Notes under the pieces: generated by a model
The model's input: only the letters and a program-made list of their open reading frames with translations
The model's database searches: none
What the model was told of the DNA's origin: nothing
Shown: positions 9,675-16,658 of the stretch, in pieces
Layout: every line of letters starts with the position of its first letter
Position numbering within the stretch: the stretch's first letter is position 1
Position numbers and translations under genes: made by a program
NCBI GenBank assembly: GCA_025839675.1
Contig: CP104013.1
Location: forward strand, 2,100,001-2,132,000
Length of the DNA stretch: 32,000 nucleotides
Direction: 5' to 3'
Source of the DNA: Candidatus Lokiarchaeum ossiferum
GTDB lineage: Archaea; Asgardarchaeota; Lokiarchaeia; Sigyniarchaeales; Promethearchaeaceae

Positions 9675-10589
9675 CTATTCAGCACCTAATTTCCAAACTA
9701 CAATAATCGCTAAGAGTGTTATGCAAAAAATCGAAGCAGATATAAGTGCAAATGAGGATTCACTAATTAACCACATAAACAACATGATTCCTGACATCAA
9801 GCTAAAGGCCGCTATGAAATTTTGTTTTTTGACAATTTGGGTTTCAACAGGATATAATTTGTAGTAAATTCGATACAATGGCTTATATATTACGGTTAAA
9901 AAAATGGTTAGCAATGTAGCTGAGATTAATTGTCCTTTTCTTTCCCCTAATCGATTTTCATCAAATATTGATGCATAGATCGTTGTCAAGGAAAAATAGA
10001 ATACCATCCCTGGCAGAAAAATTAATGAAATTTTTAAAATGGAATCAGTTTTCGAAACTCCAACTAGCGGTAAGATCAAAGAAAGCAAAACACATCCAAT
10101 GATTACGCTAAGCAAACTAATGGAAAATAAGAATACCGGTGATATACCAGTTAAACTTAAAATCATCCCACCATCTGTTTGTGCCCCCCAAGGACTATCA
10201 CGATCAATCACATCCATCAAGATTCCGATACCTTGTCCCATAAAGGATAAACCATTCCACATTAAAAAGGGAAGGTATTTCTGTTTATATGTCCGCCACA
10301 TAGGAAATGCAATTAAGGTTGAACAGATAATGTCAAATAACGGCCCCATTGCATAGATTAATGTTTGCTGAGTAATGGAGAGGGATGAATAATCATCCCG
10401 AGTTTCGACAGCAGATTTTCCAAATGGGCTATAAAATAAAGTAAATTCAGTCTTCCCAAACATTTGATTCAGCAATGCATGACCATACTCATGAAAAATG
10501 ATGGTTAAACAGTAACCAAATATAAAAGATATACTAAAAAAAAGAAAGGACTTCAATAAGGCGTTTTGAGTGTGTGTGTCTTTATTCAT
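9675..10589 (-). CDS. polytopic membrane protein with HExxH motif (M50B-like putative zinc metalloprotease)
   Basis: FHEYGHALLNQMFG lies at the end of the first TM and AMGPLFD lies downstream, resembling Peptidase_M50B as I recall it. There are at least 6 further hydrophobic segments. GGAG sits 9 nt upstream of the ATG, and the start overlaps the upstream gene's end by 8 nt. Confidence 0.6.
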   Translation of the reverse strand: MNKDTHTQNALLKSFLFFSISFIFGYCLTIIFHEYGHALLNQMFGKTEFTLFYSPFGKSAVETRDDYSSLSITQQTLIYAMGPLFDIICSTLIAFPMWRTYKQKYLPFLMWNGLSFMGQGIGILMDVIDRDSPWGAQTDGGMILSLTGISPVFLFSISLLSVIIGCVLLSLILPLVGVSKTDSILKISLIFLPGMVFYFSLTTIYASIFDENRLGERKGQLISATLLTIFLTVIYKPLYRIYYKLYPVETQIVKKQNFIAAFSLMSGIMLFMWLISESSFALISASIFCITLLAIIVVWKLGAE

Positions 10590-11586
10590 CTTTAAATTCT
10601 CCTTGATTTTGTAGATTACGAGTTTTTTGTAAGTATAAAGCTAGAATTTGATAGAGCAAGTTAACTATATTCAAAAAAAAGCACCCAAGGATCAGAATTA
10701 ATACCGATTGGATATTCTGATCAGTTAACGAATTCAGATGTTCAAAATTAAGAGGGTAATAATAAAGAACTCCAGTCAAACACACCAATTTAATAATTAA
10801 ATTTGCTAAACTAAAATATTGAATTGGAATGGTCCCCTTAAACCATAATGATTTGATATTGAACAGAACCATGCTAGCACTCATAATAAGAAGAGCGATA
10901 AAGCAAATAATCATATTCTCTGCAATGAAATATTGATAATTACAGCTAAAATTTGTCATGCGATCTAAAATTATTACTACAATGACAAAAAGTAAAAACA
11001 TACTTGCAAGGATAAAACGAATGGTCTTCATCAATTGATTATATCCAATTGGGATCATTCTTTTACCAATATGGATATAAGCATCTTCTTTGTTTTTACT
11101 AAATATTCGTCGAATTCTTTGTTTTTGATGCTTAATTGCCTGATCATCTATAAGATAAATTAACCCAATAACAGAAATCGCAATAAGAAAAACTATAAAA
11201 GAGTTTCTTAGGATAAATCCAGGTTGAAATGCAGCAAAATTTGCAATTCGGATCAAAATATAAACAAAAGCAAGTGTGAAGACAGAAAATATCCCCCATT
11301 TTTTCTTGCTAATTTTCTTTTGTACAATAAGGGGAGAATAATCAAGTGAGGAAAGGAGATTTTCTTGTTTAAATTGGGTAACCAGATTTATAGGATCTTC
11401 CAGATCCTTCAGAGCTAATTTAAAACATTCCGAATGATCTTTTCCTGAAGATAGGCCAATATCATTTGCAAGATCCCAAATATAATCCCTTAATTCTTGG
11501 ACTATCAATTTCTTATCTGAAAATTCATGCAGACCTTCTTCAATTATCTTTAAGTATTCTTTTACAGTTGTAATTTCATGGCTCAT
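10582..11586 (-). CDS. DUF1700/HAAS-type membrane sensor partner of PadR
   Basis: The N-terminal soluble helical region (TVKEYLKIIEEGLHEFSDKKLIVQELRDYIWDLANDI ... LKDLEDPINLV) matches the DUF1700/HAAS pattern that accompanies PadR regulators, and multiple TMs follow. GGAGG sits 7 nt upstream, and the ATG overlaps the PadR stop (ATGA). Confidence 0.65.
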   Translation of the reverse strand: MSHEITTVKEYLKIIEEGLHEFSDKKLIVQELRDYIWDLANDIGLSSGKDHSECFKLALKDLEDPINLVTQFKQENLLSSLDYSPLIVQKKISKKKWGIFSVFTLAFVYILIRIANFAAFQPGFILRNSFIVFLIAISVIGLIYLIDDQAIKHQKQRIRRIFSKNKEDAYIHIGKRMIPIGYNQLMKTIRFILASMFLLFVIVVIILDRMTNFSCNYQYFIAENMIICFIALLIMSASMVLFNIKSLWFKGTIPIQYFSLANLIIKLVCLTGVLYYYPLNFEHLNSLTDQNIQSVLILILGCFFLNIVNLLYQILALYLQKTRNLQNQGEFKDE

Positions 11587-11975
11587 TGTAATTCCTCCGT
11601 ATTTTTATTCACTTTTTGGATTATTTCATAGAAATAATCCCAATTTAGCTTCAAAATATTATAAGCGGTAAATCCTAATTCAGTTAGGAAGTAATGTTTC
11701 CTTATTGGACCTTCTTTACTTTCCCCTAACTCTGAAAAAATTAGTTTATCTTGTTCCATCCTTCGTAAAATGGCATAGAAGGTAGCATTTGAAGCATCAA
11801 TTTCACCTTGAGTCTGTTCAAGGATTGATTTAGCAATCCCATATCCATAAATTCCACCAGAATTTTGAGATTGTTTGATTATATTGAGAAGAATGAATCG
11901 AAGGGAACCATTTTCAAGTTGTTTTATCTCCTTTTTGATCCAGTTCGGATAATCTTCTTTTGTTCCTAACCTAAT
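11583..11975 (-). CDS. PadR-family winged-helix transcriptional regulator (no canonical start; ATT proposed)
   Basis: This gene is not in the ORF track. My minus-strand translation reads IRLGTKEDYPNWIKKEIKQLENGSLRFILLNIIKQSQNSGGIYGYGIAKSILEQTQGEIDASNATFYAILRRMEQDKLIFSELGESKEGPIRKHYFLTELG..., the classic PadR pattern (hGYei ... lY.aL.rLe..glI ... R+yY.lT..G). In-frame stops lie at 11979-11984. The first in-frame ATG is at codon 73 (11759), downstream of the HTH. The ATT at 11975 has GGTGA 6 nt upstream. Confidence 0.7.
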   Translation of the reverse strand: MRLGTKEDYPNWIKKEIKQLENGSLRFILLNIIKQSQNSGGIYGYGIAKSILEQTQGEIDASNATFYAILRRMEQDKLIFSELGESKEGPIRKHYFLTELGFTAYNILKLNWDYFYEIIQKVNKNTEELQ

Positions 11976-12020
11976 ATACTATCACCACTATTATCAATTT
12001 GATAGTAGCTAAAATAGTAT
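11976..12020. promoter_or_regulatory. composite dyad-symmetric element upstream of the PadR operon (putative operator)
   Basis: The inner arms ctattatcaa (11988-11997) and ttgatagtag (11999-12008) are complementary at 9 of 10 positions around t11998. The outer arms atactat (11976-11982) and atagtat (12014-12020) are perfectly complementary about the same centre. Confidence 0.35.
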
Positions 12021-12419
12021 AAAAACATTTGGAAAAATTAAATTTTTATAGTTTTATTAGAAAAATATGTCCAGCATAAAGACTTAAAATACACTTCCAA
12101 AAAGTAACAATGTGTTTAGATTCCGCAATATAGTCTACCCTATTTCAATTTCCACAGGTTTTCAAAGAATTTTTCTTAGTCTTTACTTATTTTTGGTGTA
12201 GCACGTATTTATTTCCTTCAATTGATTTATATCAAAACACATCGCATTGAAAAATCCATCCCCCTATAATTATTGAAAATTTCGATATTCCAAAAGATTA
12301 TTATGGCTACAGTCGCCCCTATAGCGATCATAATCTGGTAGTTGCCCAAATTCTTGTTATTTAAGGCAAAATTTGAAATAAGCTAAAAGGGAAAAGTAGG
12401 GGAAATGAAGGCTTCATTA

Positions 12420-12647
12420 TCAAATTACAAAACTTAAATCATATAAATCTTGCTCTGCTTCATTAAACGGCAAAGAAAGTTGTAGCTGTATATCCATCCC
12501 TTCTAAATCACCCAGAATTCGATAGATTTCATAATTTTCTCGAATCTGCAAAAGGAAGCAATTTTTTATTGAAAAAACGTATTTTTTAAAGAAATCTTGC
12601 AGGATAGATGCAATTTTTTGGAATTTCACAGGATTGGGCGTATACAT
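12420..12647 (-). CDS. small hypothetical protein (weak call)
   Basis: A 75-aa ORF that is the only ORF in an ~870-bp gap. No family or paralogue support. Confidence 0.25.
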   Translation of the reverse strand: MYTPNPVKFQKIASILQDFFKKYVFSIKNCFLLQIRENYEIYRILGDLEGMDIQLQLSLPFNEAEQDLYDLSFVI

Positions 12648-12851
12648 TTCTTGTAAAGTTGTGATCTAAAATCCCTCATTTTTTTTATTTCTTACACATA
12701 ATATAAAGATGGCATTCCAAATTAATTATTTCCACATCTTCCATATGTATCCTAGCGATTAAAAATCATCCCGCCATGACTTTTCTAAATTCTTCAAATT
12801 CATATTTTTTATAATCTTTAAGAGCGATAGTAAACACAGGGAAGGATTACA

Positions 12852-13562
12852 ATGAAACTGAAGGATTTCTTAGGGGGAAATTTCGATCATGCTTTTTGGA
12901 AAAACCGCTTATGCCCTGTTTTGATTGGTCAATTTTTAGGGACACTTTTAATAGCGTGGGCACTCCGACCAATATGGGTTGATGATAGCTGGCGTTACAT
13001 TCCATTTCAAAATTATATTAGTGGATTGGGAGGGGGACGCATGGAAGGGAATATTGGAGCATGGGTCTTTTTATTTGGATTTTGTGCCTTTCCCATAATA
13101 GGAACAGGCTGGAACTCGTATCTTTATCGACAATTTTCGAAAGTTTCGAAAATTTATGCGGCAATTCTCTGGGTTACTTTTGAATTGAGCATGATTTGTG
13201 TTGCTTTCGTAGGTATTTTTGATGGTGTATGGCCGAATCCCAATATATCAGGATTCATGCATTTTATTGGAGCAACATTTTCGTTTATGGGACATACTAT
13301 TTCAGCAGTTCTCGTGTTTATCGCAATCTCCATTATTTATTGGAAAACTCCAAGTGAATCCCGACATATGCATCACCCATTGAAATTTGCACTCGTAATT
13401 GTGGAACTTGTTGGCGTTTATCTTTTATTCAGCGCTTTTGGAGGCCCTACGTGGCAATGGTTAATTATGCTCTCCCTTAATGTATTTTTACTTGCCATTA
13501 GTCGCCTTTTTCCAGAAGATTTGTCCTTCCCCACTCAAAAAATAATTGCTGAAGAATCATGA
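12852..13562 (+). CDS. polytopic membrane protein (DUF998-like)
   Basis: About 6 hydrophobic segments. YIPFQNYISGLGG resembles the P-x4-IS-x-LG motif I associate with DUF998. GGAAGG lies 7 nt upstream of the ATG. Confidence 0.55.
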   Translation: MKLKDFLGGNFDHAFWKNRLCPVLIGQFLGTLLIAWALRPIWVDDSWRYIPFQNYISGLGGGRMEGNIGAWVFLFGFCAFPIIGTGWNSYLYRQFSKVSKIYAAILWVTFELSMICVAFVGIFDGVWPNPNISGFMHFIGATFSFMGHTISAVLVFIAISIIYWKTPSESRHMHHPLKFALVIVELVGVYLLFSAFGGPTWQWLIMLSLNVFLLAISRLFPEDLSFPTQKIIAEES

Positions 13563-14787
13563 TCTCATAAAAACTTATTTTTTTTTTACTTTGATGCGAA
13601 CCTAATTCCCAATCTAGAAAATGAGCATCAAGATCGGATAAATAATCATTCATGCGATTTAACGAGATGGTTTCACCTCTCATCTCAAATGATACTTTTT
13701 CTTTCCAAATTTCGAGATTATTTTGTAGTTGTTTTTCGGTTATTCCAAGGCTTTCTGCGACCAATTCAACGTCAATATTATGAGATAACACCAAAATGGA
13801 ACAAAATTTTTGAAATACAACAGGATCGTGAGGATCTATCTTCTTTTTTTGATTTTGATTCTCCTTATCACGTTTTTTTCCATTCGTTCTTACTTGAGAT
13901 TTCTTAAAAAACCTTTTTCCTTTAACAGAAATAACAAGCAAGGCAACAATAATTCCAACAATGATCGGTACACTGCTTTCATTAAAAAAAGGTAACGATT
14001 CAACTATTTCTGAAGAATTTGAAGGTATAACAATATCAGATAATTCTGTAAATTCACTGGAGAAGAAAGTTTTTTGAATATTACTGAGTCTAAATTCATC
14101 ATAGTCACCGAATGCTGTTGGTGGATCAAAATCCTTTTTTATAACACCAAGCCCGTAATACCGAGCAGTAGTAAGCAAAATTGATGTAATTTTTTCATCT
14201 AATATTAATTGATTTCCATTTACCCAAATTCCAATACCGTTTGATCCCCACGAACATGCAATATGATAAATTTTATCATCTTCCAAAATAATTGGCGCAA
14301 TGACCTTTTTATAAACATTTCCACTATAATATCCCACAACTAAAGCACCTTCTGGTCGATAAAATAGAGAAAGGGCTATTTCGGATTCAGTCAAAATTTG
14401 GAAAATGTAAGTATTAGAATAAGGTGAAAGCCCTGTTGGTCGAAATAAACATTCTATTGTTCCTTCCGGAATTGATTTTTCAAGATCCCAATATAGAGTA
14501 GCATCCCAATTTAGACTAAGAGAAGTAGTCCCACTTAGTGCAAGTGGTGTCATATAGGACCAAGTCCCTCTTATAACGCCATTTTTATCCATAGAGTCAA
14601 AATTATCATTTTCCATGTTACAATATAGGATCGTGTTGTTATCTGCAGATTGAGGTGGATTAAAGACCGATGTTGGATACGAAGCATCATTATTTGTTGG
14701 AAAAAGGGAGATATTGTTTAAATAGCTTATTCCAAAGATCAAAAATAGGAGAATTTTCTCTTTTCTTTTTGATTTTGAAAAAATCAT
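13498..14787 (-). CDS. single-pass membrane protein: extracytoplasmic LamG/concanavalin-A-like domain plus cytoplasmic HTH-like domain
   Basis: The protein has an N-terminal signal/anchor. A LamG-like region follows (TIECLFRPTG ... IYHIACSWGSNGIGIWVNGNQL ... YDEFRLSN), then a TM (VPIIVGIIVALLVISV) and a basic linker. The C-terminal segment NIDVELVAESLGITEKQLQNNLEIW looks like a helix-turn-helix. Confidence 0.65.
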   Translation of the reverse strand: MIFSKSKRKEKILLFLIFGISYLNNISLFPTNNDASYPTSVFNPPQSADNNTILYCNMENDNFDSMDKNGVIRGTWSYMTPLALSGTTSLSLNWDATLYWDLEKSIPEGTIECLFRPTGLSPYSNTYIFQILTESEIALSLFYRPEGALVVGYYSGNVYKKVIAPIILEDDKIYHIACSWGSNGIGIWVNGNQLILDEKITSILLTTARYYGLGVIKKDFDPPTAFGDYDEFRLSNIQKTFFSSEFTELSDIVIPSNSSEIVESLPFFNESSVPIIVGIIVALLVISVKGKRFFKKSQVRTNGKKRDKENQNQKKKIDPHDPVVFQKFCSILVLSHNIDVELVAESLGITEKQLQNNLEIWKEKVSFEMRGETISLNRMNDYLSDLDAHFLDWELGSHQSKKKISFYEIMILQQLFFEWGRTNLLEKGD

Positions 14788-14910
14788 TATGATACAATTG
14801 AAGCAAGATGCATTTATTTATTTTTGGAGATAATAAAGAAAGCGTATTAAACACAGGATTCTTTCAGAAAGCGGTAATTTTTTGCCTTTTTGAAGAAATT
14901 TTTTTAAGTA

Positions 14911-14945
14911 AAGAAAGAAAAAAAAGAAATGTCTCCGAAGAGACA
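14911..14945 (-). terminator. hairpin plus T-tract terminator of the flotillin operon
   Basis: Read on the minus strand, tgtctc-ttcg-gagaca (14945-14930, 6-bp stem with a UUCG loop) is followed by tttcttttttttctttctt (14929-14911). Confidence 0.5.
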
Positions 14946-15058
14946 CTCCAACCTTGACAGAAGTCTCAGTTTTGTGGGTTTTTGGGTTGGGTTGTATATA
15001 TAGGGTTGAGATATGGGTCTTTTTTTAGTTGAGTGATTAAAATGGTTGGTTGAAAGGA

Positions 15059-15223
15059 TTAGGAAGGAGGAGATTTCTGAAAGATATAACCATGCAATTT
15101 ATAATTTCCTTCGGTATATACAGTGACAAAATCCCAGCCTTGGGCTTGAAATTGGGAGATAGTTGCAATAATAGCAGTTCTATCAGCAGTTGCAGTCATG
15201 AAATGACAAAGAGTTCGGATCAT
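15059..15223 (-). CDS. small DUF4177-like protein B
   Basis: This is the internal Met35 of the 88-aa track ORF, with GAGG 8 nt upstream. The product, MIRTLCHFMTATADRTAIIATISQFQAQGWDFVTVYTEGNYKLHGYIFQKSPPS, is paralogous to the upstream gene (shared xxII, GWxF and GY[VI]F[TQ]K). Confidence 0.5.
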   Translation of the reverse strand: MIRTLCHFMTATADRTAIIATISQFQAQGWDFVTVYTEGNYKLHGYIFQKSPPS

Positions 15224-15252
15224 GGTGGTTTCCTCAGATTTGATAAAAAAAA

Positions 15253-15444
15253 CTATTGAGAGACAATTTTGGGTTTTGTAAAAACGTATCCAACTGTATT
15301 TTTGAGATGTTCTGGTACAATGCATTGTTGAAATTTCCAGCCCATAGTTTCTATGTTTTGAATGATTGTGGATTTTTTCTGATCCTTTTGTAATGAATAC
15401 TCATAATAAATGAATTTGGATTGATCGGAAGCGTTCTTAGTCAT
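15253..15444 (-). CDS. small DUF4177-like protein A
   Basis: The start lies 6 nt after the flotillin stop. YYEYSL ... IIQNIETMGWKFQQCIV ... VGYVFTKP resembles the DUF4177 pattern (EYK ... LN.lG.eGWELV ... FKR) as I recall it. Confidence 0.55.
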   Translation of the reverse strand: MTKNASDQSKFIYYEYSLQKDQKKSTIIQNIETMGWKFQQCIVPEHLKNTVGYVFTKPKIVSQ

Positions 15445-15450
15445 CTTGTT

Positions 15451-16584
15451 TTAAACGGCTCCGATTTTTTTCAATGAATCCATAATAGGCTTTTTATTTG
15501 ATTTTGCTCCTTCATTCAGCTGTTTGTTAAATTCAGGAAGAATTTGTAATAAAGGAAGAACGGATTGGATGATGCCATTGAACCCTTGGTTTCCTTCCCC
15601 CATTACAATCATTTTATCTGGGCTAAGATGCGAGAAGACTTCAGGTAATTGTTCAATAAGTTTCAAAGACATAAATTGTTCTCCGGCAGAACTTAAAGCA
15701 TCGACTTGCTTTTGAATTCCCTCAGCTTCGGCAGCCATTTTTATACGAATTCCTTCAGCATCAGCTTGAAATTCCGCTAAACGCCTAAGTTTAATTGCCT
15801 CGGCATCGGCTTCAGCTCGGATTAAGATGGACTTCTTATAACTTTCGGCTTCAATTTCTGCCCTTCGCATTTCACGTTCTTGGATTTGAATAGCTAACTC
15901 TTTATTAGCTAGATCCGCTTGGCGTTGAACATCAATTTCTTTTAACTTGTAAATTTCTGCCGAGGTGGCAGCAGACATTTTGGCTTTTTGCTTTTCCTGC
16001 ACTTTTTTGACTGCTTCCATGTTGTCCTTTAGATCCGCATCCAAGACTTGAGCTTCAATAATTTCTAAACTTTCAATCACAATACCCCAATCTTTGGTTA
16101 AGTTGAGAAGTTGGTCAGAAATCATTTTAATAATTTCAGTACGATCACACAAGATTTTTTCAATAGTGAGGCTTGCACAAGTCGTTCTGATAATTGCTTC
16201 AGTTGCAGTGCTCAAAACGCGCTCAACATAATCGTTTGAATTGCGATCCCAGACAACAGCATTAAAGGCAATTGAAGGATCTGAAACTCGCCAATATAAA
16301 ATTGCAGAAATTTTTACATCTTGATACTCACGGGATAAGATTTTTTCCGAAGAATTCAAGAGAGTTTTGCGTGTTGTGGTGGGGATTACAATGATTTCAT
16401 CAATTAAAGGAGCCTTGATGATTTTTCCCCCACGACCTGCTGACTTAACAACCCCATTTCGTAGATGGATTACATATTCGTTTGTCTTAAACTTACGGTA
16501 TCGACTTGCTATAAATAACGCAAAGACGACAATTGTCGCAACAATTCCAGCCACAATTGCGACTATTCCAGGATTTAATGCCAT
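15451..16584 (-). CDS. SPFH/band-7 flotillin-family protein (YqiK/FloT-like)
   Basis: N-terminal TM, an SPFH core (IIKAPLIDEIIVIPTTTRK ... VKISAILYWRV ... WGIVIESLEIIEAQV), and the flotillin-type Ala/Glu-rich coiled coil (AEADAEAIKLRRLAEFQADAEGIRIKMAAEAEGIQKQ). Confidence 0.9.
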   Translation of the reverse strand: MALNPGIVAIVAGIVATIVVFALFIASRYRKFKTNEYVIHLRNGVVKSAGRGGKIIKAPLIDEIIVIPTTTRKTLLNSSEKILSREYQDVKISAILYWRVSDPSIAFNAVVWDRNSNDYVERVLSTATEAIIRTTCASLTIEKILCDRTEIIKMISDQLLNLTKDWGIVIESLEIIEAQVLDADLKDNMEAVKKVQEKQKAKMSAATSAEIYKLKEIDVQRQADLANKELAIQIQEREMRRAEIEAESYKKSILIRAEADAEAIKLRRLAEFQADAEGIRIKMAAEAEGIQKQVDALSSAGEQFMSLKLIEQLPEVFSHLSPDKMIVMGEGNQGFNGIIQSVLPLLQILPEFNKQLNEGAKSNKKPIMDSLKKIGAV

Positions 16585-16658
16585 AATTTTGATTTTTCTC
16601 CGATTAGAGTAATTTATTTTTTATTTCTAATATATTAATTTGATTTATTAAAAAAAAA

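Noticed and set aside
15050-15259. A plus-strand 69-aa ORF with a twin-arginine-like GRRRFLKD and a strong-looking aggaaggaggag just after its TTG.
   Set aside because: It is antisense to the DUF4177-like gene B, which is supported by paralogy with gene A, operon spacing and its own SD. The purine run is simply the complement of the codons for SPPS. No convincing h-region or AxA site follows the RR motif.
15224-15325. The longer 88-aa version of the last flotillin-operon ORF, starting at 15325.
   Set aside because: It would overlap the upstream small gene by 73 nt. The extra N-terminus has no counterpart in the paralogue, and the internal ATG at 15223 has a properly spaced GAGG.
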